The notes under the pieces: model-generated
Told to the model about the DNA's origin: nothing
Seen by the model: the letters and a program-made list of their open reading frames with translations, nothing else
Database searches by the model: none
Assembly (NCBI GenBank): GCA_002771215.1
Contig: PCRM01000025.1
Location: 1 to 44,783 of the forward strand
Reading direction: 5' to 3'
Length of the DNA stretch: 44,783 bases
DNA from: Candidatus Nealsonbacteria bacterium CG23_combo_of_CG06-09_8_20_14_all_40_13
GTDB taxonomy: Bacteria > Patescibacteriota > UBA1384 > UBA12157_A > GCA-002773005
Shown: positions 1 to 9,479 of the stretch, piece by piece
Position numbering within the stretch: position 1 is the first letter of the stretch
Layout: every line of letters begins with the position of its first letter
Translations under genes and position numbers: made by a program

Positions 1-1
1 C

Positions 2-316
2 CAGCAAAATGAACAAACTCAAAAAATTCTCAAAGCTGGACAAACTCTCTCAGAAACATCGGATATAATTATGGAGGGTTGGGAAAATCGCAATAAATCC
101 GACGATATTCTTTCAGAAAGAAGATCTGATGTTATGCTGGGCCGCGACAGGGTTTATGACCCTTCGTCTGGCAATGTTTATGATGTAGAAAATGGTTGGT
201 ATGATGATTATAATATTAACCGTCAAGAATTTAAAATGAGTAATCTAGAACGACTGCCAGAGAATAATTGGGATCTTTGGACAGCGCCAACAAAAGATGC
301 TAAAGAAATAGATTAA
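2..316 (+). CDS. hypothetical protein, C-terminal part (frame is open to the left window edge)
   Basis: The frame of the 71..316 ORF has no stop back to position 2, so the gene probably starts upstream of the window. I recognise no family. Confidence 0.4.
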   Translation, partial: QQNEQTQKILKAGQTLSETSDIIMEGWENRNKSDDILSERRSDVMLGRDRVYDPSSGNVYDVENGWYDDYNINRQEFKMSNLERLPENNWDLWTAPTKDAKEID

Positions 317-534
317 AAGTACTAATAATATTGATAAGTGGCTCTATTTTTTTTTAAGATATTGACCCCCTAAAATTCCTTACTGCAAAACCTACTACGT
401 AGTGTTATTGCAGTGCGTCATCACGGGGTCTGCGGCCTGAGCGCAGTCGAAGGCCTTGACAAAACCTTTTTAATAGATTAAAATTTGATTAGTTTGTACG
501 TTGACATCGAAAATCAAAAAGGAGGAATTCGGAA

Positions 535-1050
535 ATGGCTGACAAGGTTGAAAAAAGTGTTGGAATAGTTGTTTTGACAGAAATTCCGGATATGGGTCTG
601 GTGGCGGTGCTGCAAGAACGGGGCAGATTTAACACCGGAAAGATGAAGCCAGAGTCCTGGCCCGGGGGCTGTCAGGTCACAGCCCATGGAAAAGTGAGAA
701 AAGGCGAGAAATGTGTACAAGCCCTATTGAGAGAGGTAGGGGAGGAACTAGGCAGGACCGCTTCACAGTTCATCCGCAACTGCATTAATGATTTGGTTGT
801 AGTTTCCCACTTCCAAGAAACAGACAAAGAAGTTGTTACCTATGCTGTGAAACTTGAACCATCTTTCCTTAAGAGAATTCGACTTGGTTCAGATAGCGGG
901 GGTCTTCGATATGTACAACAAAAAGATATTAACAACACTATTTGCCTTGATTCTTCCAATAGGACAGCTGGTATATTATACCGCCCAACCATTGGCATGT
1001 TTCCGGACGAGAAAGAGGCGCTAATTAAAGCTTTCGCTTGTTTCTCGTAG
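535..1050 (+). CDS. NUDIX hydrolase
   Basis: Nudix box GKVRKGEKCVQALLREVGEELG fits Gx5Ex7REUxEExGU. SD AAAGGAGG lies 9 nt upstream of the ATG. Confidence 0.85.
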   Translation: MADKVEKSVGIVVLTEIPDMGLVAVLQERGRFNTGKMKPESWPGGCQVTAHGKVRKGEKCVQALLREVGEELGRTASQFIRNCINDLVVVSHFQETDKEVVTYAVKLEPSFLKRIRLGSDSGGLRYVQQKDINNTICLDSSNRTAGILYRPTIGMFPDEKEALIKAFACFS

Positions 1051-1061
1051 AAGCATTATGA

Positions 1062-1097
1062 CCCCTCCTGTGAGTAAACCCACAGGAGGGGTTTTTA
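1062..1097 (+). terminator. intrinsic terminator after the NUDIX gene
   Basis: Perfect 11-bp GC-rich stem cccctcctgtg/cacaggagggg (1062-1072 / 1081-1091), 8-nt loop, then TTTTT. Confidence 0.75.
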
Positions 1098-1182
1098 TAA
1101 CTGAATCCTTGCCAAAAAATCATGCCCTGGGCTTGAAAGTTTCGAATACCAAGGGGACCGTTCCCTTGTCCTTCCGTCCCCC

Positions 1183-3732
1183 TTATTCTTGCACTATTTT
1201 TTTATCGGTTGGAGTGCTGGTCGTTTTATCCTCTTGCGGGTTTAATACTATTTCTGAAACTGCGCCGGTGGAATGAGCATAAGTTAGGGAAACGGTGGCA
1301 ACTTTATCATTGCCTTTGAGCCTCATTAAAATTATTCCTTGTGTGTCACGGTTTAATTTTTTAATAGATTTATGCGGAATACGGATCATTTGGCCAGCTT
1401 TACTGACTAAAATTGCGTCTCCGGGCTTGTCTTCCACAATTTGCATATAAACTACTTTACCGGTCTTTTGTGTCACTTTTGCCACTTTCATACCAAGACC
1501 GCCGCGTTTTTGCAAGTGGAATTTAGAAACTGACGTTTTTTTGCCCAAACCATTTTCCAAGACAACAAGGATGTTGGCATTCGGGTCTTTAGCCACGGCC
1601 ATTGTCACCAGTTCGTCTGACGCTCTCAATCTTATGCCTCTTACACCAAAAGCAGCGCGACCCATTGGACGGACTTCGTTTTCATGAAAATGAATGGCTA
1701 AGCCATCTTTGCTGGCCAGAAGAATTGAATCTTGGCCGGAAGTAGTTTTAACCCAGCGTAATTGGTCATCAGGGAGCAATTTGATAGCAATAATTCCAGT
1801 TTTGCGAATATTTTTATAGGCCGAAATTTCAGTTTTTTTAATCATACCCTTTAGGGTAACCATCACGAAATGTTTATCTTCATTGGAATCTTGCGAAATG
1901 ACTGCAGTAACTTTTTCATCAGGAGAAATATTAATCAGATTAACAATGGCTTTGCCTTTTGATTGGCGATTGCTTGAAGGCAGCTCGTAAACTTTAGTGG
2001 TAAAAACTCTGCCTTTGTTGGTGAAGAACATTATGTCATTTAAAGTATTGGTAGAAAGAAGTTTTTCCACAAAATCTTCTTCTTTCATACCCAATCCCAT
2101 CACGCCCTTTCCGCCGCGAAATTGAACTTTATAGGTGGTGGTGGGGACTCTTTTAATATAATTATCTTTAGTAATAACCACGAGGGTTTGTTCATTGGGG
2201 ATTAAATCCTCTGCTTCGAATTTAGACACGCCTTGTTTAAAGATTCTTGTTCGACGGTCGTCTGAGAACTTATTTTTTGTTTCTAGTAATTCATCTTTTA
2301 TAACTTTTAAAATTTCTTGCTCCGATGATAAGATTTTGGTTAATTTTTCGGCCAATTTAATTTTTTCTTTAAGTTCATTTTCAATTCTTTCACGCTCCAA
2401 TGCGGCCAATGTTGCCAACTGCATTTGTAAAATAGCATCTGTCTGAGCTGGGGACAATTTAAATTTGGTGATAAGATTTTTAGCCGCATCTTCGCAATTT
2501 TTAGATTCTTTAATAGTTTTTACGATAGCATCAATATTGGCTAAGGCGAGTTTTAGACCTTCTAAAATATGAATTCTAACTTTGGTATTTTTCAAATCAA
2601 ATTCTGTTCGGCGTTTGACAACTATTTTACGGTGCGCAATAAATTGATCCAAAATGTCTTTTAAGGTTAAAACTCGCGGCAGCAAACCATCAATCAGAGC
2701 CAGCATATTAACATGAAATACCAGTTGTAGCTGCGTAAGGTCAAAGAGACGATTTAAAATTTTCTTTGGATAGGCGGAAGATTTTAAATCTAGGACAACT
2801 CTGACTCCTTCTTTGCGGTCGGATTCATCTCTTAAATCGGCGATACCTTCTATTTTTTTATCTTTAACAAGTTGGGCAATTTTTGTGACTAATTCTGCTT
2901 TGTTAACTTGGTAAGGAATTTCCGAAATCACAATTTGCCAATTTTCTTTTTTGTCTTCAACAATTTCTGCCTTTCCACGCATTAAAATCCGTCCTTTGCC
3001 GGTGGCATAGGCATTTTTAATTTCGGCAATATTGTAAATATTGCCGCCGGTAGGAAAATCCGGTCCGGGAATGATTTCAATCAGTTCATCTATTGAACAG
3101 TCGGGATGGTCAATAACGTAAATTAATCCGTCAATAACTTCCCCGAGGTTATGGGGAGGAATGTTGGTAGCCATACCAACGGCGATACCCATACTGCCGT
3201 TTAAAAGTAAATTGGGGATTTTTGAGGGCAGTACTGATGGTTCGTATTTTGTACTGTCATAATTTGGCACAAAATCAACCGTGTTTTTATTAATGTCGGC
3301 CAGAAGTTCATCGGAAATTGAGGCCAATTTTGCTTCAGTATATCTTTGAGCAGCAGCCGGATCGCCGTCTAAACTGCCAAAATTGCCCTGCCCTTTAATT
3401 AATTGATAGCGCACGGAAAAATCTTGCGCTAATCTGACCAATGTATCATAAACTGCGATGTCGCCGTGAGGATGATATTTGCCGAGTACTTCTCCGACGA
3501 CCGTCGCGGACTTTCTAAACTTGGCGCCGGAGGTTAAACCCATATCATTCATAGCGTATAAAATGCGGCGGTGCACCGGTTTTAAGCCATCTCTGACATC
3601 AGGTAAGGCGCGGGCTACAATTACTGACATAGCATAGTCCAAATAGGACTGCTGCATTTCCGATTCAATATCTTTGGGCAGGATATTTTCTTTTTTGGGT
3701 AAATTTTCGCTTGGTGGGTTTGATTTTTTCAT
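1183..3732 (-). CDS. gyrA: DNA gyrase subunit A
   Basis: N-terminal [29 protein letters not shown], active-site region [11 protein letters not shown], 849 aa. The start overlaps the gyrB stop (TAATG). Confidence 0.97.
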   Translation of the reverse strand: MKKSNPPSENLPKKENILPKDIESEMQQSYLDYAMSVIVARALPDVRDGLKPVHRRILYAMNDMGLTSGAKFRKSATVVGEVLGKYHPHGDIAVYDTLVRLAQDFSVRYQLIKGQGNFGSLDGDPAAAQRYTEAKLASISDELLADINKNTVDFVPNYDSTKYEPSVLPSKIPNLLLNGSMGIAVGMATNIPPHNLGEVIDGLIYVIDHPDCSIDELIEIIPGPDFPTGGNIYNIAEIKNAYATGKGRILMRGKAEIVEDKKENWQIVISEIPYQVNKAELVTKIAQLVKDKKIEGIADLRDESDRKEGVRVVLDLKSSAYPKKILNRLFDLTQLQLVFHVNMLALIDGLLPRVLTLKDILDQFIAHRKIVVKRRTEFDLKNTKVRIHILEGLKLALANIDAIVKTIKESKNCEDAAKNLITKFKLSPAQTDAILQMQLATLAALERERIENELKEKIKLAEKLTKILSSEQEILKVIKDELLETKNKFSDDRRTRIFKQGVSKFEAEDLIPNEQTLVVITKDNYIKRVPTTTYKVQFRGGKGVMGLGMKEEDFVEKLLSTNTLNDIMFFTNKGRVFTTKVYELPSSNRQSKGKAIVNLINISPDEKVTAVISQDSNEDKHFVMVTLKGMIKKTEISAYKNIRKTGIIAIKLLPDDQLRWVKTTSGQDSILLASKDGLAIHFHENEVRPMGRAAFGVRGIRLRASDELVTMAVAKDPNANILVVLENGLGKKTSVSKFHLQKRGGLGMKVAKVTQKTGKVVYMQIVEDKPGDAILVSKAGQMIRIPHKSIKKLNRDTQGIILMRLKGNDKVATVSLTYAHSTGAVSEIVLNPQEDKTTSTPTDKKIVQE

Positions 3733-5639
3733 TAAATATCCAAATTCTTAACTAATCTTGCGCGTGTTTGAATGAATTTTCTTCGCGGTAAAACTTCATC
3801 GCCCATCAGTGTGGAGAAAATTTTGTCAGCTTGTTCGGCTGACGTCACATTAACTTTCAATAAAATTCTCTCTTCCGGATCCATTGTTGTTTGCCAAAGC
3901 TGTTCCGGATTCATCTCCCCCAAACCCTTATATCTTTGAATAGAATATGATTTATCTGCTAATTTTTTAACAATTTCTTCTTTGTTTTGTTCACTATAGG
4001 CATAATATTTTTCCTTGCCAAAGGAAATGGCGTATAAAGGAGGCTGGGCAATATACAAATAGCCTTTTTCAATTATTTGCGGAAAATAACGGTAAAATAA
4101 AGTTAAAAGCAATGTGCGTATATGAGAGCCGTCAACGTCAGCATCAGTCATAATGACGATTTTGTGGTAGCGAACTTTATCAACATTAAATTGCTCGCCA
4201 ATGCCACAGCCCAAAGCTATAATTAAGGCCTTGACTTCTTCCGAAGCTAACATACGGTCTAATCTCGCTCTTTCTACGTTTAATATTTTTCCGCGTAAAG
4301 GCAAAATTGCCTGAAATTTACGATCGCGTGCTTGTTTGGCGCTGCCGCCGGCGCTATCTCCCTCAACAATATAAATTTCAGAAAGTTCAGGTTTTTTGGA
4401 GGTACAATCGGCCAGCTTGCCCGGCAATGTCATCCCTTCCAATGCACCTTTGCGAATAACAGTTTCTCTAGCCGCTTTGGCTGCTTGACGCGCCTGGAAA
4501 GAAAGCAGGCATTTATCCATTATTTTACGCGCTTCAGTCGGTTTTTCCTCTAAATATATAGACAAACCTTGATCAGTCGCTTGTTCAACAATATTGCGTA
4601 CTTCCGGATTGCCTAATTTGGTTTTTGTCTGACCTTCAAACTGCGGCTGATGCAGTTTGACAGAAATAACAGCGTTTAACCCCTCACGCATATCCTCACC
4701 GGTTAATAATTCCTGGCCGTTTTTAAGCAAATTATTATTTTTAATGTAATTATTTATAGCGCGGGTTAGAGCCGCTCGAAAACCGGTTACGTGGGTGCCG
4801 CCTTCTGTTGTATAAATGTTGTTAGCGAAGGAAAAAAGCCGCTCATTATATTCATCGGTGTAGATAATAGCGATTTCGACTAAAACATTATCAATCTCTT
4901 TTTCAACATAAATTGGCACTGCATTTATAACTTGTTTATTTTTGGTCAAATGCCTGACATATGAGGCAATTCCACCTTCAAAATAAAAAGTATAGCTGAC
5001 CGGTTTGTCTGATTTTCTTTGGTCAACAACTGTTATTTTAGTTTTTTTAGTGAGATAAGCTTGTTGGCGAACATGGTCCAAAATAGTATTTAAATTAAAT
5101 TCACGGTTATCAAAAATCTCGCTGTCTGGTTGAAAAGTAATTTTTGTCCCCTTAAGTTTTGTTTCGCCTTCTTGTTTAATCTTACCTTTTGCAGCTCCTT
5201 GACTATATTCTTGGTAGTATATTTTGCCATCACGATATACCTCTGCTTTGAGCAAAGAAGAAAGAGCGTTAACGGCGGAAACTCCAACGCCGTGCAGTCC
5301 GCCGGAAACTTTATAAGAAGAAGAACCAAATTTGGCGCCTGCATGCAGAGTGGTTAAAACCGTTTCCAAGGCAGATTTGCCGGTTTGTTTATGCACATCA
5401 ACAGGGATACCACGGCCATTATCCAAAACAGATACCATATTATCTGGCAGAAGGGTGATATTGATTTCATTGCAAAAACCGGCCAACGCCTCATCTATAG
5501 CATTGTCCATCACTTCCCAGACCAGATGATGCAGTCCTTCCAGCCCAGTTCCTCCAATGTACATAGCTGGTCGTTTGCGAACCGGCTCTAGGCCTGATAA
5601 AACTGTAATATGTTTAGCTGTATATTCTTCGTTATCCAT
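3732..5639 (-). CDS. gyrB: DNA gyrase subunit B
   Basis: [66 protein letters not shown]; 635 aa. Confidence 0.97.
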   Translation of the reverse strand: MDNEEYTAKHITVLSGLEPVRKRPAMYIGGTGLEGLHHLVWEVMDNAIDEALAGFCNEINITLLPDNMVSVLDNGRGIPVDVHKQTGKSALETVLTTLHAGAKFGSSSYKVSGGLHGVGVSAVNALSSLLKAEVYRDGKIYYQEYSQGAAKGKIKQEGETKLKGTKITFQPDSEIFDNREFNLNTILDHVRQQAYLTKKTKITVVDQRKSDKPVSYTFYFEGGIASYVRHLTKNKQVINAVPIYVEKEIDNVLVEIAIIYTDEYNERLFSFANNIYTTEGGTHVTGFRAALTRAINNYIKNNNLLKNGQELLTGEDMREGLNAVISVKLHQPQFEGQTKTKLGNPEVRNIVEQATDQGLSIYLEEKPTEARKIMDKCLLSFQARQAAKAARETVIRKGALEGMTLPGKLADCTSKKPELSEIYIVEGDSAGGSAKQARDRKFQAILPLRGKILNVERARLDRMLASEEVKALIIALGCGIGEQFNVDKVRYHKIVIMTDADVDGSHIRTLLLTLFYRYFPQIIEKGYLYIAQPPLYAISFGKEKYYAYSEQNKEEIVKKLADKSYSIQRYKGLGEMNPEQLWQTTMDPEERILLKVNVTSAEQADKIFSTLMGDEVLPRRKFIQTRARLVKNLDI

Positions 5640-5659
5640 TTATTTTACTCTTATCCACA
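5632..5659. promoter_or_regulatory. DnaA boxes upstream of gyrB (one perfect, one 7/9)
   Basis: TTATCCACA at 5651-5659 is a perfect consensus. TTATCCATT at 5632-5640 matches 7 of 9. Both lie between the predicted -10 and the gyrB ATG. Confidence 0.5.
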
Positions 5660-5665
5660 CCTTAT

Positions 5666-5694
5666 ATTTTATCACTTTTTAAAGATATTTGCAA
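5666..5694 (-). promoter_or_regulatory. sigma70-like promoter of gyrBA
   Basis: On the minus strand: TTGCAA (5694..5689), 17-nt spacer, TAAAAT (5671..5666). Confidence 0.5.
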
Positions 5695-5732
5695 GCTGTT
5701 CTTGACTGGCATTTTAGCTTTGATTAACCACA

Positions 5733-5762
5733 AACAAAGCCCCTATCTAAAGAGGCTTTGTT
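5733..5762 (-). terminator. hairpin between the PLDc_N gene and gyrB (weak terminator)
   Basis: 9-bp stem aacaaagcc/ggctttgtt with a 12-nt loop. The tail is T-rich but interrupted on both strands. Confidence 0.35.
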
Positions 5763-5782
5763 GTTAATTAAAGCTGAATATT

Positions 5783-6136
5783 TTATGCCGCTGGTGTAGC
5801 TGGTGCCCCGCCTGATTTGCTGCCAACTCCTTTTTTAACAACGCCAAAGTAATAAATTAAATCGACAATGAGCAGGCCGAACGGGATAAATAAACCGATA
5901 ATCATTATAATCAAATACGTGGTTTTTTGCGGCCATTCGCGTTTGGTTAAGTCAATTAACAGGACTATCCACCAGATGAAGAAAATCACGGAAACAAGGA
6001 CTAAAATTAGCCAGAAAATCATCAGGCCTCCCCAAACTGCCGATAGTCCTGTTCCGGCTGCCGCTGCCACTGCATCGCTGGCTGTGTTGGGCATAGTTGT
6101 AGCATCTTCCGTTTGTGCCAAAAGTAATGAGGGCAT
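5783..6136 (-). CDS. small membrane protein with PLD-nuclease N-terminal (PLDc_N)-like domain
   Basis: FIWWIVLLIDLTKREWPQKTTYLIIMIIGLFIPFGLLIVDLIYYFG matches the PLDc_N pattern as I remember it. SD GGAGG lies 4 nt before the ATG. Confidence 0.55.
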   Translation of the reverse strand: MPSLLLAQTEDATTMPNTASDAVAAAAGTGLSAVWGGLMIFWLILVLVSVIFFIWWIVLLIDLTKREWPQKTTYLIIMIIGLFIPFGLLIVDLIYYFGVVKKGVGSKSGGAPATPAA

Positions 6137-6208
6137 TCCACCTCCTTTTAATTTACTTGTACCTTAATTACATTATAAAAAATGTAAAAAATAATGTCAA
6201 GTCAATTT

Positions 6209-7510
6209 TTAATCGAGATTAACTGAAATATCATGGTCCAGCAGACCATCGTAAAGCACTTTATTCTCATAAATTACTTGCAGCTGCGATGATAATGCGC
6301 CGGGTTGTTTTTGCACTAACAGTGAATAGTTGGAGGCGGCACTCATTGGTAGTTGATAAGTTAAAGTTAATAATTTTGAAGTTTGAGGTTGAGTTTTATT
6401 CCAAATGCCAAATGAGGTTTTGCCTGCCTCCACAGTTGTATAAATATCCTTGGAAACATCTTGGCCATCTAAATTAGCGCTTTGAAGCTGACTGTCTTTG
6501 GGAACTAAAATTCGGGCGTAATTATTATTTTGTCCATCTGGCCAGTCCCAACTGCCGGCATGTGTGCGCAAAATGGACAGCGTGACCAATAAATCACCTA
6601 ATTGGTTTTTCACAACTTTGTAATTAATCTTTTCGGCCACCGACAAATTTGTTTTACCGCCGCCGTTGTTGACTTTCGGGTCATCACCGACGTTAATAGT
6701 GGAGTTGACAACATATAAATAATCGCCCTGGGTTTGCATGACTACACCGCCCCAATTTTCTCGCAAAGCAACATCTTCCATAGCTGGATCATTAAAGTAA
6801 AACATTAAGTGCTTTTGTTTGAGAGCTTCTAAAACCAATTTTAAGATTTTAGTTTTTGGCAACTCTTGCATTTTAGGCAATATCTCACCCATTAAATCTT
6901 TCAAAATTGTTTTTGGCTCAGACATAGTTTTAGTAGTATCTTCTTCCCAATATCCTTTTTCAACTTCGTACTGAACTTCTTTGAGGAAATTGTCAGCGTT
7001 GATTTCCATCTTATATTTTTCAAGATAAATCGGACCGGTTAATTGCAAAATGTTGGTAAAAAAGGTTGTATCAAGGGCAATCACGCCGTCAACTTCATTG
7101 CCGCCTTCCTGCTGGTAAAACCACGCTACTTGTTGGGCAGATGTGCGAAAATCGGCCGCCCAATTTGAATCGCGCATGGTCCAATATGGCGCGCCGTAAA
7201 GTATTTGAAAAGATTTTGGCGGGGCTATTTGATGGTCTTTGGCAAAAGCGTTGTCTCGTTTATAAATATTGGTATCAAAATAAATATCACTGATTTTGCC
7301 TTTGTTTAGATTAATTTCGGCAAATGAGCCTAAAAATCCGCCCGAGGGCCGAAGCTCATTGTTATTCTCAAATAAAACCAGATATTTGCCGGAAATTTGC
7401 GCCATCTTAGCCAGTTGTACTGTTGATGTGATATTGGCTAAACCGATATTTTTGGCGGTCCATGTTCCGCCAAAAATCAAAACGGCGATTAAACAAAAAG
7501 CCAAAGCCAA
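6209..7510 (-). CDS. DUF4012 domain protein (minimal call from TTG 7510; frame stays open to 7726, see findings)
   Basis: GKYLVLFENNNELRPSGGFLGSFAEINLNKGKI is the DUF4012 signature, with an N-terminal TM helix. The stop coordinate is firm; the start is uncertain. Confidence 0.7.
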   Translation of the reverse strand: MALAFCLIAVLIFGGTWTAKNIGLANITSTVQLAKMAQISGKYLVLFENNNELRPSGGFLGSFAEINLNKGKISDIYFDTNIYKRDNAFAKDHQIAPPKSFQILYGAPYWTMRDSNWAADFRTSAQQVAWFYQQEGGNEVDGVIALDTTFFTNILQLTGPIYLEKYKMEINADNFLKEVQYEVEKGYWEEDTTKTMSEPKTILKDLMGEILPKMQELPKTKILKLVLEALKQKHLMFYFNDPAMEDVALRENWGGVVMQTQGDYLYVVNSTINVGDDPKVNNGGGKTNLSVAEKINYKVVKNQLGDLLVTLSILRTHAGSWDWPDGQNNNYARILVPKDSQLQSANLDGQDVSKDIYTTVEAGKTSFGIWNKTQPQTSKLLTLTYQLPMSAASNYSLLVQKQPGALSSQLQVIYENKVLYDGLLDHDISVNLD

Positions 7511-7752
7511 TTTAGCAAATGTTTTGAAAATTGGTCTTCTTGTTTTAATTTTTTTAACCGCTTTGACGGTATCAACGCAAATGATATTGGGGTCGGTAAT
7601 ATCAACAAACCTTTTAAAGGGTATGTGGTTGGATACGCTTTGTTTTTTTAAAGCGAAAAAATATTCTTCTGTTTGAGAATTTTTTAAAACTCTCTTAATG
7701 TCGTTGAGCGTTTGCAGTGCCCCTCCTTAAAAAAATTGGAGCCGATTAATTG

Positions 7753-8373
7753 CTACTTTTTAGAAAAAGATTCCGCCAGAAAGACAAAGAACAATCCTAA
7801 CAGTATTGAGGCAATAAAGGCGACAACTGTATTTAATAGAACCTGCGGGCTCAAGGTTAATATTTCCGGTCCATAAGTTGAAATTTGGAAGGGAGCGTTG
7901 TTTTCCTGTCCAAACTGTGGTACTTTTTCCTTCATCAAGGCCAGAGCAGTTTGTGAGATTTTTGTCGCATGATCTTTGTTTGAATTAATTAAACTAAATT
8001 CTGCCACATTAGAAGTTGAAACCTGTTTTTTAGTGGTGAAAATTTTTGAAAGTTTGGAAGCGTTTTTATGGGGCATGGGAACTTGAGCTTTTTGGTAAAT
8101 CTCAACTACGGTGGAGGGCGAGACCAGCCAGCTTAAAATTGTATCGGTTAAAAGTCCACTGGCTCCAATTGTATAGTAGTTGTCATAAAGATAATAAGAA
8201 ACTTTTTGCTGTTCCACTGCGGATTGCCGGCTCACTACTACAGTGGCGATCGCTTGGTAAGTAGGTTTTTGTTTAGCGGTAAAAATATATGTTCCCAATG
8301 TTAAAATTATCACCGTGAGCAGAAAAATTGAGGTTCTTTTGCGCAAAATAATGAAAAAATTGTCTTGTTCCAT
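7753..8373 (-). CDS. Wzz-like polysaccharide chain-length determinant (PCP) protein
   Basis: N- and C-terminal TM helices flank a soluble domain. The N-terminus has the KPTYQAIATVVV pattern. SD AAGGAG lies 4 nt before the ATG. Confidence 0.6.
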   Translation of the reverse strand: MEQDNFFIILRKRTSIFLLTVIILTLGTYIFTAKQKPTYQAIATVVVSRQSAVEQQKVSYYLYDNYYTIGASGLLTDTILSWLVSPSTVVEIYQKAQVPMPHKNASKLSKIFTTKKQVSTSNVAEFSLINSNKDHATKISQTALALMKEKVPQFGQENNAPFQISTYGPEILTLSPQVLLNTVVAFIASILLGLFFVFLAESFSKK

Positions 8374-8381
8374 ATTGCTCC

Positions 8382-9479
8382 TTACTTTTTAATTATTGGC
8401 TGATATTTTTTTAATGTTGTCTGGACAAAATTGCGGAAATTTTTTTTAAATTTATCTTGGGAAAATCTTAACGCATTTTCTCTGGTAACTTCAAGATTAA
8501 ATTTCATTTTTTCAAATTTTTTAATCGCTGCTATCAGTGATTGAACCGATTGCGTATCGAAAAATATGCCTGTTTTAGCGTTAATGATTGTTTCCAACGC
8601 CCCGCCTTTATTAAAGGCAATGACGGGTAAACCTGCGCTTTGCGCCTCTACTGGTACTATACCAAAATCTTCTTCGCAAGGAAAGATTAGCCCTTTGGCT
8701 TGTTGATAAAGCTTGAGTAGGTTTTTATCAGATATTGCGTCTAAAAACTCAATATTGGGGTAGTTTTGAGCCATTTGCTTAAGTTTCGTTTCAAGCGGGC
8801 CTGTCCCGACAATTTTTAAAGGCAAGCGCAATTTTTTGAAAACTTCAATGGCTAAATTGGCTCTTTTATAAGGTATAAGACGGCTAACAAACAAATAAAA
8901 ATCGGCTTTTTTAATTGCTGAGTTTGGTTGGTAAAAATCAGTGTTCACTGGCGGATAAATAACCACAGATTCTCTTGCGTAAATTTTTTCAATTCTTGCT
9001 TTAACATTTTGACTGTTAGTAAGGTAAAAATCGGGTCGGTTGGCAGTTTTTTTATCCCAAACTTTAAGTTTCTCAATAAAATATTTTTTTAAAAGACCTT
9101 TGCCTCTTTGATCAATATCACTTTGCCACAAGCTTCGCGCCGGCGTATGGCAATAACAAATATGTAGAGTGTTTTTACCGGTTTTTACCGCTTTGGCTAC
9201 TGTGTGGGAGGAAGAAATCACCAAATCAAAATTGTCTAATTTAAAACTTTCTATCGCCTTAGGCATCAGAGGAAACAAATACGGATATTTCGTTTTGGCA
9301 AAAGGAATTTTTTGCAGGAAAGAGGTTACAACTTTGCTATTTTTAAGTTTGGGAAAATTTTTTTGATTAAAAATTGTCGTAAAAAAAGTTGCCTTTGGAT
9401 AAATTTCATGGATGCTTTCTATAACTTTTTCTGCGCCGCCTTGGTTGGTCAGCCAGTCGCAAACGATTGCTACTCTCAT
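8382..9479 (-). CDS. glycosyltransferase, GT4 (group 1) family
   Basis: MRVAIVCDWLTNQGGAEKV N-terminus and a C-terminal EDFGIVPVEAQSAGLPVIA E-x7-E type motif. Confidence 0.85.
   Translation of the reverse strand: MRVAIVCDWLTNQGGAEKVIESIHEIYPKATFFTTIFNQKNFPKLKNSKVVTSFLQKIPFAKTKYPYLFPLMPKAIESFKLDNFDLVISSSHTVAKAVKTGKNTLHICYCHTPARSLWQSDIDQRGKGLLKKYFIEKLKVWDKKTANRPDFYLTNSQNVKARIEKIYARESVVIYPPVNTDFYQPNSAIKKADFYLFVSRLIPYKRANLAIEVFKKLRLPLKIVGTGPLETKLKQMAQNYPNIEFLDAISDKNLLKLYQQAKGLIFPCEEDFGIVPVEAQSAGLPVIAFNKGGALETIINAKTGIFFDTQSVQSLIAAIKKFEKMKFNLEVTRENALRFSQDKFKKNFRNFVQTTLKKYQPIIKK

Noticed and set aside
1058-1276. 72-aa + strand ORF after the NUDIX gene
   Set aside because: It begins inside the terminator hairpin, has no SD, and its 3' part is antisense to the gyrA 3' end. 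The composition does not look like a real protein.
2195-5591. Several 60-85 aa ORFs inside gyrA and gyrB (2195..2446, 4332..4553, 5090..5344, 5130..5357, 5332..5529, 5385..5591)
   Set aside because: All are antisense or out of frame within unambiguous gyrase coding sequence. They are typical shadow ORFs.
7296-7676. 126-aa + strand ORF
   Set aside because: It is antisense to the DUF4012 gene 5' region. The minus-strand frame there reads as a sensible N-terminal extension instead.
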